From NCBI GenBank assembly GCA_965238125.1, contig OZ250179.1:4774723-4838722 (forward strand): a stretch of DNA of 64,000 nt, given 5' to 3'. A model generated the notes under the pieces. That model ran no database searches. It had not been told where the DNA came from and saw only the letters and a program-made list of their open reading frames with translations. The DNA comes from Bryobacterales bacterium. Lineage in GTDB: Bacteria > Acidobacteriota > Terriglobia > Bryobacterales > UBA6623. Positions 19,671-31,140 of the stretch are shown piece after piece; the first letter of the stretch is position 1, and each line of letters begins with the position of its first letter. Both the position numbers and the translations under genes were made by a program.

Positions 19671-22400
19671 CTACCCTTTCTGAAACCGCAGCGTCACGAT
19701 TTCCCAGGGCTTGATCTTGAAGCGTGCTCGGTCCTCCCGCAACGCAATCTCCGGCCCGGGCAGCTCGTTGCCGTTGAAATCCACGGCGCGGCACGACGAA
19801 GGGGCGAAAGGCAGCCCCACCTCGACGTCGGCTCCGTCTCCGGTTGAATCATACAGCCGCAGGTCAAACCCGCCGTCCCTGCCTTGGCAGCTCGACATGG
19901 CAACGGTTTCGGGGCTCACCGTGACGAAACTCTTCTCGGTGGGCAGGTCGGCGCCTTCGCGTGGATACACGCGCGCCTCGCGCAACGGGTAAAGCCTCTC
20001 CTGCGCCCGCTGCACGCTTCCGCCTTGCTTCCAGTCACCGCCATGCAGCAGCAGCGAGTAGTCGAAATGATGCTGCCCCTCGCCGGTGAAATAGCGGTTC
20101 GTGAAATCTTCCTGGATAGGCCGCTTGACGATCGTCAGCATCAAGATGTGTTCGAGCGAGCGTTTCTCGGGGTGGTACAAGAAACCGCGCTTCCCCTCGG
20201 CCGCCAGCAGCGTCAAGCCTTTTTCGCCGTCGCTGTGGTCCACCCAATGATGCGCGTAGAAAACGTTCTTGCGCAGAAACTCTTCGTTGACGTCCGAGCC
20301 GTCGGCCCAGGGTTCGTTCGAAAGATCGCGATACTCGGCCCCGAAGGGAATCCCCGCGTAAGGAATCGCGTCGTAGTCGAAAACGACATTCGCCGCGAAA
20401 TAGCCGTTGCCGCCGACGCTGTCGATATCCACGCTGAAATCGATTCGATCGAGCGTCGGATATACCGAAAGCGTCATGGCGATCTCGTGGTCGCCGATCA
20501 TCCCCGTCATCCGCGCGCGGATTCGCAGCGAGCCCTCTTCAACGATCTTCCACTTTGCGCCGCGAATCTTCTGCTCCGACGTCACCGGGCCGCCGTGCCA
20601 GGGCCAGGGGTCGTCGTTGGTGTAGAAAATCGGGTTGCCCGCCCCTTCGTAAACAGCCTCGCGGGCCTTGTCGACAATTCGATTCACGCCGCGAGGCCCG
20701 AGCTCGATTCGCGCGAAGTCGCTTTCGATCACGGTCTTGGATTCTTCGATTTTTTCGGGAGTCGCCGACCCCTGTTGCGGCACGATCGTGAGGGTGGTGT
20801 ACCCGGTCGGGGGCGCTTCGACATCCACCAACAGCCACAATTCCTTATAGGAATTCTGCCCCGTGAAGAGATGCTCCGCCGGATTCAGGTAGCCGCGCAT
20901 TTGGAGCACCTGATGGGACCGCTCGCGCCCCTGCCCGTCGACGACCTTGATCTTGCTGACGCCGGGTTCGGGGAACACCGCCTTGTACTCGATCACTTCG
21001 CGCCGCGTCCAATTCAGCGGGTTGACGATGGCGACTTTCTGTTCGTCGGGGTCGGCCGCGATGCGGTGACTTAGTTGTGTCAAGGCGCGGTGTCGCAGCT
21101 GCTCGCACTCGTAAACCACATGAGTGCCCATGCGAATGCCGTCGGAGAGGTCTTCGTCGCTGACATACAACCCGTCGTGCGGGAAGAGGAACAGCCCGTC
21201 GTACCAAAGCGCTTCCAGTTCTTCCTCGGGATAGTCGGCGCCCAGCCAACTCGCCATCGACGAGAAGATTTCCGCTTCGACCAGGTGCAGCGCCGAGCGG
21301 TCGCGCCAATTGTCGAGACCCAGACTGCCGCACTGCCCATACCAAAACGGCCAGCCGACCGGCTCGATCACGCCTTTAACGCGCGGCAGCGTCGAGCGCT
21401 GTTTTTCCAGCTCTCGGTAGAAATCAATCGGCGTGGCGAACTCGAGCGGAATCGATTCCCGCTTGGCCCATTCGCGCACGAAACCGGGCAGATCGACGTA
21501 GCCTTCCTTGCCCTGATCGGCGACAAGTCGCGGAATCGACAACGGCAAGGTGTGATCGAGGCCGACGGGAATCCAAATCACGTCGCTCGGGCTGTTAGCG
21601 GACAGACTCCTCACCGCGGAGTCGTACAGGGCGACAACCGCGCGCTCCCAATCGTCCTTGTAGCGGCTGACCTCGTCGTAATAGGCCGCCGCCCCTTTGC
21701 CCATGCCCCAGCCGCCGGCCATCCAGCCGTACGGACCGTAGCTGAGCAACATCTCGCTGCCATCGAGCCCTTCCCAGATGAACTCGCGCTTGTAACCCTT
21801 GCGGTCGAGCGGAAAGATCGGCCGCGTGAAGCGGTAGTATTTGTACCCCGCCTTGGTCAGCAATTGCGGCATCTGCGCGAACCCCGGATGAATGTCGATA
21901 AACGCCGCGACCTCGAGATTGACTTCCGGGAAATGCTTCCGGAAGTACTTCCGTCCGAGAACCATGTTGCGGATGATCGCCTCGGCTTCGTTGAACGGGT
22001 TGTCGTTGTTGACGACGGTTCCGGCCGCGACGCCCACCCGCCCCTCGGCGACGAACTTTTTCAGGTCGTCGATGAGTTCGGGATGGATTTTTTCGATGCG
22101 GTCCATGCGTTCGAGCTTGACGTCGATGAACCACTTGAAATTATCCTCCCGATGCAGGATCTCGACAGCATGTCTCTCGATGCGGGCCGCGCGCTCGTGA
22201 TGCCAGGTCTCGGTGGCAAACCACGAATAGTCGTTGTGGCTGTAGGGGACAAAGAAGAGCTTGGCGTCCTTCATCGCCTCCAAGACTTCTTCGTAGGTAA
22301 GCGCTTCCCCGCCCGTCTCGGGCGCTTGAGCGGCGGCCCAGGGGGCGGCGGCCCCCATCAAACCGAGCATTTCAAGAAATTGACGACGGTCGACGGACAT
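19671..22400 (-). CDS. GH38 alpha-mannosidase-like glycoside hydrolase with Tat signal
   Basis: MSVDRRQFL; SHNDYSW, DIHPGF, FPHDG; C-terminal LRLYD and KPWEIVTLR. Confidence 0.85.
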   Translation of the reverse strand: MSVDRRQFLEMLGLMGAAAPWAAAQAPETGGEALTYEEVLEAMKDAKLFFVPYSHNDYSWFATETWHHERAARIERHAVEILHREDNFKWFIDVKLERMDRIEKIHPELIDDLKKFVAEGRVGVAAGTVVNNDNPFNEAEAIIRNMVLGRKYFRKHFPEVNLEVAAFIDIHPGFAQMPQLLTKAGYKYYRFTRPIFPLDRKGYKREFIWEGLDGSEMLLSYGPYGWMAGGWGMGKGAAAYYDEVSRYKDDWERAVVALYDSAVRSLSANSPSDVIWIPVGLDHTLPLSIPRLVADQGKEGYVDLPGFVREWAKRESIPLEFATPIDFYRELEKQRSTLPRVKGVIEPVGWPFWYGQCGSLGLDNWRDRSALHLVEAEIFSSMASWLGADYPEEELEALWYDGLFLFPHDGLYVSDEDLSDGIRMGTHVVYECEQLRHRALTQLSHRIAADPDEQKVAIVNPLNWTRREVIEYKAVFPEPGVSKIKVVDGQGRERSHQVLQMRGYLNPAEHLFTGQNSYKELWLLVDVEAPPTGYTTLTIVPQQGSATPEKIEESKTVIESDFARIELGPRGVNRIVDKAREAVYEGAGNPIFYTNDDPWPWHGGPVTSEQKIRGAKWKIVEEGSLRIRARMTGMIGDHEIAMTLSVYPTLDRIDFSVDIDSVGGNGYFAANVVFDYDAIPYAGIPFGAEYRDLSNEPWADGSDVNEEFLRKNVFYAHHWVDHSDGEKGLTLLAAEGKRGFLYHPEKRSLEHILMLTIVKRPIQEDFTNRYFTGEGQHHFDYSLLLHGGDWKQGGSVQRAQERLYPLREARVYPREGADLPTEKSFVTVSPETVAMSSCQGRDGGFDLRLYDSTGDGADVEVGLPFAPSSCRAVDFNGNELPGPEIALREDRARFKIKPWEIVTLRFQKG

Positions 22401-22474
22401 GGAATCTCCGAAATTAGGCAGTGTTTTGGACGACGGAGCGGCTCGACCAACGAACCCCCCAACAGGCATTTAGA

Positions 22475-22596
22475 CTAGCATCGAGCCGGTATTGAGCGAG
22501 AGCCTCCGGCTTCGGGGTGGGGCGTGGAAGCAGCTCCTCGTACTGACGGCCCTCTCATGCACTTCGCCTCGACACTTGGTGAGAAATGCAGGCTAA
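22475..22596. repeat. Diverged or partial relative of the CTAG-ended MITE
   Basis: Right part TCGTACTGACGGCCCTCTCATGCACTTCGCCTCG...GGTGAGAAATGCAGGCTA resembles the right ends of 3362-3559 and 10145-10329. Confidence 0.55.
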
Positions 22597-22977
22597 GGTG
22601 TTGTCAACCGGTTTGACGGGGGGTGCGCGACATAAATATGGGAGAATAGGCGGCCCGGGACCGAGCGCTTCCCCGCCTGGAATTTTCTCTTGGTTCGGCC
22701 ATGGCTAAAGCCATATGGGAAAAGGCCGTTGAAACGGCCTCGTCCCAGACAGCGAGCCCTTTAAACCGGCCCTTGAAGGACCGGCCTATTTGCAATCCAA
22801 GCCCGGTGAACCGGGCTGAGCGTGGACTTCCGTCCACGCCTCTGATTCTGCTGCTCGCATAGCGGGAGGCGCCTCCCACATTTTTGTCGCACACCCGTTT
22901 GACGGTTGCGGCTGGACAGTATCTTCCTTATACTCGGGGGCGAGAAGATCCCAATCGGGTATCTTCACCCCATCGTT

Positions 22978-24676
22978 ATGCCGAAAACCAACTGGAAGTT
23001 TCGCGCTATTTTCTTGTTCCCACTTCTCTGCGCCGTCGTGCTGTCTGCCGGCCGCTTGCACGCTGAGCCGCTGATCTTCTTTCGAGCCATCGTCAACGCG
23101 GCAAGTTTCATGCCGCCGGAAGGACCCGTCGGCTCGATCGCTCGAGGTTCGATCTTCACGATATTCGGGCGCGACATGGGCCCCGCGGTCGGGGTGCAAG
23201 TGAACGTGTTTCCTCTTGAGACCACCTTTCAAGGGGTTTCGATTGAGGTGACGCAAGGCGACGTCACGGTGAACGCCATCCCTATTTTCGTCTTGGACCG
23301 GCAGGTGAGCGCCATCATGCCGTCCGGCGCGCCGCTAGGGCGAGTGTTGGTGCGGCTTACCTTCAATGGCGAGCAAAGTAATCCAACTCCCGTGACGGTC
23401 ACGGAGAACAGCGTCGGGATTTTCACGGCAACCGTCGCGGGAAATGGGGCCGGGGATCATTCAGAATTTTGTTTCGCAAACCGACCAACCGTTCAACTCA
23501 CCTTCGAAAACCGCCAAACCGGGGCAAGTCGTAACCATGTGGGCGACGGGTCTGGGTCCCATCACCGGCCCCGACGGCGAGGCGCCGCCGGTCGGGTCCC
23601 TGCCCTTCGATGTCGAGATCTTTGTGGGCGGCAAGACGGTCAGGAAGTTGCTCTATGGGGGCCGTGCGCCGTGCTGCTCGGGCGTCGATCAGTTTGTCTT
23701 CGAGACTCCCAAGGACGCGCCGGAAGGCTGCTACGTACCGGTGCGGGCAAGGGTGGGCGGAGTGGCGGTCAGCAACACCGTGACCATGGCGATTCAGAAA
23801 GACGGACAGTCCTGCTCCGAACCCGACAACCCTTTCATTGAAACTCTTCTCAGCGGAGGCACGGCCGGCGCTGTCAGCCTGGCAAGAACGCTGTTTGAGC
23901 TGGACGTCGACGTGATCGCACCCGCTACTTTCACCTTGGATCAGGCCGGCGGCTATTTCCGTCAGGAAACCGGCGGCACGTTTGCCTTTAACCCCTTCCT
24001 GGCGCTGCCTCCGGCCGGCGCTTGCACGGCCTACTCAGGCTTCGGCGATCTGCTCACGGGAGGCTTCATACCCTTCGTTCCTCCCCTCGGCCTCGATGCC
24101 GGTGACCTTACGCTGAACGGGCCGAGCGGGGCGGCTGCGCTGCTACGTACTGTGATGGGCGGCTCGACGGACTACGATCCAACCGTCGTTGGCGGCCCGG
24201 AAGGGATCAGCGAAGCAGCGGATGCTCCACTCTACCTTTCCCCAGGCAACTATGGGGTAAGCGGCGAGGGAGGGGCGGATATCGGCGCGATCAACGCGGA
24301 CGCTGACGTTTCCGAACCCCCGCGGTGGACCAACAGCGGGGAATTCACCGAAGTTCCTCGCGGCAACGAGGTTGCCTTCACATGGACAGCGCCGGGTGCG
24401 GCTCGGGTTGTCGTTGCCGGGGTGAGCGTCGACAGGCCGGCCAACGTTTCGGGAGTATTTCTGTGCCTGGCCGCCGCGGGCGCGTCGAGCTTCAGCGTGC
24501 CCACGTCCGTTTTGGCCAATCTTCCCGCCTCCCGCTCGATCCTCGGCCAGTCGGACGGCTTCCTCATCCTCGGGTCGTGGCCCACGGGCGTACTGGAGAA
24601 CTTCACTGCCGACGGCCTCGATCAAGCCGCCGTGATGTTCCAGTCGGTTCATTCCAAAACGGTCCGATTCCGCTAG
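22978..24676 (+). pseudogene. Solibacter-type TIGR03437-like secreted protein, frameshifted at A-run 23442-23444
   Basis: IVNAASF, IARGSIFTIFG, VVTMWATGLG, SGVDQFVF; removing one A joins the ORFs as AGMGPGIIQN. Confidence 0.8.
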
Positions 24677-26286
24677 GAGGAGGATGCCCCACTACTGAGT
24701 CTCGCATAATATACTGTCAATCGAGACAAAGAGAAGACTGTTTCCAGAAAGCGGTAATCAAGCGCGGTTTGCGGCGCATTCGCCGCAGCGCTTTGCGGGC
24801 GCGCTCGTCGAGTTCCCAGTAGTCCTTCGGGCAGACGTTGGGCAACTCGTGCTGCTTCCAGTACGCCCAAATGTATTCCACCGGGTTCAACTCCGGCGCA
24901 TAGGGCGGCAAGTACTCCGTTGCGATGTGATCCTCGGAGAGCTGGATGAACTCCCGCACCAGGCGGCTGCGGTGCGCCGGCAGCCGGTCCCAGACGATCA
25001 GCAGTGGGCCGTCGATGTGGCGCACCAAAGCCTTCAGGAAGTCGATGACCTCCAGCTCGCCGATCGCGCCGGGATAGAGCCGGAAGTAAAAGTTGCGCAA
25101 CGTCAGCCCGGCCGACACCGACAGCTTGTCCCAGTTGAAGTTGAACTCCAACACCGGTGTCTCGCCGCGCGGCGCCCAGGTGCGGCAACGATGCGGCTTC
25201 TGACTCAATCCGCTTTCGTCGATGAAGACGATCGTGCGGTCTTGTTTGCGGGCTTTTTTTTAATGGCCGGCCAAGTCTTGCGCTGCCAGCCGCAGATGGC
25301 CTCTTCGTTGCGCTCCCGCGCTTTGCCGACGGGCCGTTGCGGGCTCCAACCGAGCGCCCGCAGGATCTTCCAGACATGGCCCTCGTGATAGCGCACGCCG
25401 AACTCGTCTCCGATCAGACGAGCGACCCGCGGACAGCTCCACAGCGGCGTCGGGAAGCCGTGCGCCTCGGGGCCTTCCAGCAGCAACGCCTCGAGGCGTT
25501 CGAGCTGCGCGGCGTCCAACAGCGGCTTACGGCCGGCGCGGCCGGCCTGGCGCAACCCGGCTTCGCCGTCACGCCGGTATCGTCGCAGCCACTCGCTGAC
25601 GCTTTGCCGCGCGACCTTCAATCGCCTCGCTGTCTCGGACTGACTACAGCCTTGCTCGACCAACCGGATCGCTTTGAAACGGCGCTTCTCCAGGGCCTCG
25701 AAATCCCGCCGTACGCCTTTTATATTTCCCATACATACAAAGACGTACGTACCCCAAAAAAATGTCACTTTATTTTGCGAGACTCAATAAGATCCGTAGG
25801 CGACTTGCCCCGGATCTTGTTCCAGTTGGCATCCGCCTTGCGGATGTTTCCGGGAATGTCTTCGAGCCATTTCTTTTGAATCTCCTCATTTAGATTGAGG
25901 TAAAGCTTGCCATTGACCACCTTGAACAGGTGGGGGGCACCGTCAAACTTGGCGCCTGCCGACACCCCGTAGGCGCAGAAACCGCCGTATTGGGGAACGT
26001 ATCTGTCGGGGTTTCGCTCGAACTTCTTCTTGTTCGCTTCGCTCGAGAAGCGATAGGCCGCGCCATTGTGCGTGGCGGCGAACTCGGCCTTTCCCACCAC
26101 GGCTCGTCCTTTGGTGAAGTACGCCACCGGGTCGTAGCCGTGGTTGGCCAGGGGAGCGCTGGCGAGGGTCATTCCCGTGCTCGTGTTGACGTCCACAACG
26201 GCGTTGCCGGGGACCGTTAGCGCGAGACCCAGCGTGACCACGGCTACAGTCGTGATCAGCTTGCGAAAATGGATTCGAATGTTCAT
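24673..26286 (-). CDS. YHS-domain secreted protein; last 7 codons displaced by IS630 copy 2
   Basis: GYDPVAYF, YVPQYGGFCAYG, KLYLN; IS removal gives ...PTDLSGASSS* (172 aa); the truncated product may still work. Confidence 0.85.
24695..25787 (-). mobile_element. IS630-family element, copy 2 (most diverged copy)
   Basis: TA at 24693-94 and 25788-89; several substitutions relative to the other copies. Confidence 0.96.
24717..25768 (-). CDS. IS630 transposase (predicted -1 frameshift)
   Basis: Same organisation as copy 1. Confidence 0.9.
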
Positions 26287-26346
26287 TTGTCTTCTCCTTT
26301 GGCATCTATCCCTTCCCGAAAGTCTTCTGCTGTGACCGAACGGCAA

Positions 26347-27222
26347 CTATGCCGCCAGGGGTACCTCCAACGGCTGTCCGTACTCTGAGCGCCGCAGGAC
26401 CACGAGGGTCTGATCGTCGATCGGCTCGGCGCCCATGCGAAAACTGTCCACGGCGCCGACTACGGCCTTGCCCAAGGCGACCGGCGAGTCGATGGGGGCC
26501 CTGCGCGCGGCTTCAAAAAGCGCCGGTAATCCCAAGTCTTCGCCTAGGCCGTTCACCGCCTCGGTGAGTCCGTCCGTGTAGAGCACCAGCAAGTCCCCGA
26601 CGGCCAGCCGCACGATTGTCTGGGTGTATTCGGCGCCGAGGATCATCCCGACCGGCACACTGAGGACTTTCGTCGCCGCGCGCGGCGTACGTTCCTCCAG
26701 CGCAAGCCACGTGTTTTCCAGTCGTCGGTACCACAAGGGAGGAGGGTGCCCGGCGTTCGTGAAGACCAATTCACCGGTGCGGCGGTGGTAGCCCAGCATC
26801 ACGACTGATTCGTAGTGTTGCCCGCTCGCCTTTCGCCAGAAGGCTCGGTTTAGATCGCGCATGAAATCGGACTGGTCCCAGCGATTGATGTACCTGTGCA
26901 TCAAACACTCTAGGTCGGCGGCCGGCGAAACGGCCTGTTCGCCGTGGCCGCTGACATCAGCCAGAACGACACGCGAGAGACTCCCCTGGGCACAGACCGA
27001 CAGATAGTGGAGGTCGCCTCCTCTCCCAGACGATCCCAGCGGATTGGAATGCACCCAGCCGGTCAAACCAGGTAGCTCAATCGCGGTAGCGACAGAGCAG
27101 TTACTGCCCCAGACTTCCATGCAAGCGAGGCGGTAGCTCCTCTCGTCTTCGTTCTTGGCGGGCAGGCCTTCGCTCGGGAATCGGCAGTGGCGTTCGAGGT
27201 TGCTTAATCCTAGGTCTTGCAT
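26347..27222 (-). CDS. Stand-alone PP2C/SpoIIE-family phosphatase
   Basis: GGDLHY, LADVSGHG, NAGHPPP, LYTDGLTEA, DDQTLVV. Confidence 0.9.
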   Translation of the reverse strand: MQDLGLSNLERHCRFPSEGLPAKNEDERSYRLACMEVWGSNCSVATAIELPGLTGWVHSNPLGSSGRGGDLHYLSVCAQGSLSRVVLADVSGHGEQAVSPAADLECLMHRYINRWDQSDFMRDLNRAFWRKASGQHYESVVMLGYHRRTGELVFTNAGHPPPLWYRRLENTWLALEERTPRAATKVLSVPVGMILGAEYTQTIVRLAVGDLLVLYTDGLTEAVNGLGEDLGLPALFEAARRAPIDSPVALGKAVVGAVDSFRMGAEPIDDQTLVVLRRSEYGQPLEVPLAA

Positions 27223-27495
27223 GCTGTTCTGTCTCCCCTCGGTCTTCGGTTAACTCCCGCGTTCGCTGAATCATCTGACGCCGGCAGCCGGATTCTCATA
27301 AGATCTTTTCCCCGCTCCGGGCTCCAGAGGGGTCTAGCTCAGCTGCGTGTGCGTGATCTTCCGTCCGCTGCAACATGTATCCTTGGCCGACAATCGTTAG
27401 GATTCTCCCGTTCCGGCCGGCTGCGAGTTTCTTACGCAGTCGAGAGACGTGGGTGTCCAGGGTCCTGGAGCGTGCATGCTCGTTGTAGCCCCAAA

Positions 27496-29161
27496 CCCGG
27501 ATTTCCACTTTAGTTTCGGTTCTGCTAACCATCGGGTGGACTCGGACGCCTTTATTTATGCGGGCTTGAAAGCACTCAAGGCGCTGAGGAGATCAACACC
27601 CAATGGGTGAAAAAGAAAACAAACCGTTTCAGCTCACCTTCAATGGATTTCTCAAGGTCGATTTCCAAGGATCGCGAGTCACCTCGGATGGCGGGCTGAT
27701 TCTCATTCGCGAACTGGACGAACGACTCGGACTAGGCAAGCTGATAGACGAGCATCTGACGGATTCGCGGCAAGGCTCGAACAAGAAGTTCCCGTTCGTC
27801 GATCTGCTGCGACAGTCGGTCTACTCCCGCTTGGCGGGCTACGAGGATCTCAACGACGCCGTTCGTGTCTCCGCCGATCCAACCTTTCGGCTGATTGGCT
27901 CGAAGAAGAACTGGGATCGCGGCGCGGCGCTGACCTCCCGGCTGCAGAGCTTCGAGACCGCCATGCTCGCCGGCGACGAGAATCTGATCGGGCTGATGGC
28001 GGTGAACCGCGAGTTGATCGCGCAAGCCGAGGCCGGTGATGACTCCGCGTGCGTCGTGCTGGACATGGACTCTACCGAGAGCCCCGTCCACGGCCGGCAG
28101 GAAGGCAGCGCCTACAACGGCCACTTCGAGTCGGTCTGCTACCACCCACTGTTGCTGTTCAACCAGCACGGCGATTGCTTGGCGGCAAAGTTGCGACCGG
28201 GCAACGTGTCCAGCGCCGAGGACTGGGACGAGCTGCTGCTGCCGGAAATCGAACGCCAACAGGCGGAGGGCAAACAGGTGACGTTCCGGGCCGATGCCGC
28301 CTTCGCCAAGCCGGATATTTACGAGACGTTGGAGGAGCGCGGCGTGGACTACGTGATTCGCATCCCGGCCAACAAGAGCCTGGAGCTGGAGATCGAAGAT
28401 ATCCTGTTTCGTCCGCCGGGCAGGCCGAGCGCAAAGCCCCTGGTGCGCTACAGGAGCTTTCGGTATCAGGCCGCGAGCTGGTCGAAGTCCCGGCGGGTTG
28501 TTGCGAAGGTCGAGCATCACTAAGGTGAGTTGTTTCCTCGCGTCGGTTTCATCGTCACGAGCATGGCCTTGCCGAGCCGCTCGCTGGTGCGGTTCTACAA
28601 CAAGCGCGGCACGGCGGAGCAGTGGATCAAGGAAGGCAAACAAGCGACGCATTGGACAAGGCTGTCATGCCATCGGTTCCGGGCCAACGAAGTGCGACTG
28701 CAACTCAGCGTGCTGGCCTATAACCTGGGGAACCTATGGCGGAGGCTCGGGCTGCCGCAACGGATCAAGAGCTGGTCGCTGACGAGCTTGCAACAGCGGC
28801 TGATGAAGACGGGCGGTAGGCTGGTCAAGCATGCGCGGTACTATTGGCTGCTGTTGGCCGAAGGACATCTGAACCGGCGGCTGTTCGGCGACATGCTGCA
28901 TAGGATCTGGGCGCTGCCTGTGCCGGGTGGGTAGCGTTGCCCGGGCGAGGATCAACAGTTTTTGGCTCCAAAAAGGTTTCGCAGGGAGCAGTGTCGGCCG
29001 GAGCGCCGTTCAGTCCGCTCAATCAACGTCTGTGAGCGGACGGACGAGCCCTGGCGCCTACCGGCGGAGGTGATGTGCAGGGTTCAGCGCGAAAAGACGT
29101 GGTATTCGGCGCAGCGGGGGTGTATCCTGTGACCGTGCCAGGGCCAAAATGGAAATCCTGG
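27496..29161 (+). mobile_element. IS1380-family element (1666 bp)
   Basis: TIRs CCCGGATTTCCACTTT / CCAGGATTTCCATTTT; 5-bp duplication CCAAA at 27491-95 and 29162-66. Confidence 0.92.
27603..28934 (+). pseudogene. IS1380 transposase with in-frame TAA at 28521-28523
   Basis: VTSDGGL, LDMDST, FRADAAF, EHH*GELFPRVGF, RGTAEQWIKEGK. Confidence 0.9.
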
Positions 29162-29351
29162 CCAAATGGTTGTGAGCAAAAACCGGCGTGAAAAGCACTC
29201 GCCCGGGCTCCGCGAAAACAGTTCCAGCAACTCTTTCTCCTTATGAGTGAAATGAACGTCGCCGATCAGTGTGGGGGTCATGGCCATGCTTGCTCCTTTC
29301 CCAGTTCTCGTTACACGCCGCAACTATGGCCGGCGTGAGCTTCCAACGTGC

Positions 29352-29615
29352 TCACTCCCTACCTATGGGAACCACGGGCAATCCTAAGAACAGCGTGTCC
29401 CGCTCAACGAGCAGTGCCGTCATCAGGACACCCAACAAAACGCCGACTAAATAGACGCTGCTGAAAGCTATCCACTTCCTTCTGCCTTCCAGTTGAAACA
29501 ACCATCCGCATAGACCGGACCCCAATGCTTGGAGTCGGGTTGTCGCCGCTACACGATGAGGAGCTGCCGTGATGCGATTCATCGGGAAGCCTGCGGCTTC
29601 GTGTTGGATCTCCAT
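29352..29615 (-). CDS. Small single-pass membrane protein
   Basis: ATG 29615 after GGAGG; hydrophobic segment WIAFSSVYLVGVLLGVLMTALLV. Confidence 0.55.
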   Translation of the reverse strand: MEIQHEAAGFPMNRITAAPHRVAATTRLQALGSGLCGWLFQLEGRRKWIAFSSVYLVGVLLGVLMTALLVERDTLFLGLPVVPIGRE

Positions 29616-29679
29616 TTCGATTACCTCCTGTCGTCCAATGCTCGATTGACCGGCTATCACTACTATTCGCGCCAAAGAG

Positions 29680-31140
29680 CTACCGGCGGTACTTGGACAT
29701 GATCGCGTTGGCCCGCTGCCTTACTCTTTCGGCCTCATCCTTGCGTTCCGCCTTGCGCAGCAAGAAAGCGTATTCGCTGAGGCTGGAGGCGTACTCCGGA
29801 TGCTCGGAGCCAAGCGCTTCCTCCTGGATGTCGAGTACCCGTCGGTAGAGCGGCTCGGCCCGCGAGTAGTAGCCTTGGGCCCTGTGAAACGACGCCAAGG
29901 CCAGCAGGGCCGGTTTCAGATCCGGATGATTCGAGCCGAGATTCTTCTCATGGATCGCCAGCACCCGCGCCAACAAGGGCGCTGCCTTGGCGTATCGACC
30001 TTGCTGGATGTAGGCCTGTGCCAAGTTGTTCGCAACTGCGGCGACGTTTGGATGGTCCGGGCCCAACCCCTTTTCAAGGCCGGCCAGTGATCGGCGGAAA
30101 AGCGCCCGGGCCTTGGCGTACCGCTGCTGCTGAACGTGGAGCGCAGCCAAGTCGTTGAGGACGATACCGAGTGTGGGACTGTCGGATCCATAGACGGTTT
30201 CTCGAATCGCGATCGATCGCTGATAGGGCGGCTCTGCCTTTTCGGGATAGCCCAGGTACCGGTAGAGCCGCCCCAGCGCCTGAAGGGGATCCGCTAGGTG
30301 CGGATGCTCAGGTCCTAAAGCCTTCTCTAGAATCGCGATCGCGCGGCGATACAGCGGCTCCGCCTGAAGAAAACTGTGACGATCCACGTACAGCGCAGCG
30401 AGATGCTTTAGGACCACCGCCACTTCCGGGTGTTCCGGCCCGAAGTTCTTCTCCTTGATGGCCAGCGATCGCTTGAGAAGCTGTTCCGCTTCGGTCGACC
30501 GACCCTGGACTTTGTAGAGAGCACCCAGGTTCGTGAGGACCGTGGCCACCTCCAGACTATCCGCGCCCAGAGTTTGCTCATCGATAGCCAAGGCCCTTCG
30601 GTAGAGCTGTTCGGCTTCCTCGTAATTCCACCCGTGAGAATAGACCGATGCCAGGTTGTTTAAGACCGGCGCCAACTCCGAGTCGTGCGGCCCCACCGTC
30701 TTCTCCAAGATCGAAAGGGCCTGCTGGCCGCAACGCTCTGCCTCCGAGTATTTGCCCTGGGCGTAGTAGGTCCTCCCCAAGTTATCCAGAAGCGAGGCAA
30801 GCTTCTGGTGGTTGGGCCCCAGCGCCTGTTCCATCCGGGTCAGCGCTTGGCGATAAAGCGGCTCCGCCAGCGAGCACTTTCCTTGCAGCTGATAAGTAAC
30901 CGCCTGTTGTATTACGCTGGTTGGTTTCATGTTGCCGGCGGCGTCGGCCCTGGTGGACCCCGAGCGTGCGCCGGCAGCCGGGTCCTCAGTCCCCGCCACC
31001 GGGAACGACCCCTGGGAGCGGGCGGGTTGCTGTGATTCTTCGCGTTCCTGACCGTGCATCCCCGCGGTCGAGAAGGCCAAACAGAATGCTGCGACCAGAA
31101 GCTGGTTTGGGCCGGCAAAGCTCTTGTTCTGTTGCGTCAT
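29680..31140 (-). CDS. Secreted tandem TPR-repeat protein (kinesin-light-chain-like 42-aa repeats)
   Basis: ATG 31140 after AGGAGG; about 9 repeats like AEPLYRRALAIxEKxLGPxHP. Confidence 0.9.
   Translation of the reverse strand: MTQQNKSFAGPNQLLVAAFCLAFSTAGMHGQEREESQQPARSQGSFPVAGTEDPAAGARSGSTRADAAGNMKPTSVIQQAVTYQLQGKCSLAEPLYRQALTRMEQALGPNHQKLASLLDNLGRTYYAQGKYSEAERCGQQALSILEKTVGPHDSELAPVLNNLASVYSHGWNYEEAEQLYRRALAIDEQTLGADSLEVATVLTNLGALYKVQGRSTEAEQLLKRSLAIKEKNFGPEHPEVAVVLKHLAALYVDRHSFLQAEPLYRRAIAILEKALGPEHPHLADPLQALGRLYRYLGYPEKAEPPYQRSIAIRETVYGSDSPTLGIVLNDLAALHVQQQRYAKARALFRRSLAGLEKGLGPDHPNVAAVANNLAQAYIQQGRYAKAAPLLARVLAIHEKNLGSNHPDLKPALLALASFHRAQGYYSRAEPLYRRVLDIQEEALGSEHPEYASSLSEYAFLLRKAERKDEAERVRQRANAIMSKYRR

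Larger units (their letters stand above)
27296..29287 (-). pseudogene. Stand-alone OmpR-type winged-helix protein (106 aa) split by IS1380
   Basis: ATG 29287 after AAGGAG; rejoining across the CCAAA duplication gives FLLTTIW-GYNEHARSRTLDTHVSRLRKKL. Confidence 0.88.
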
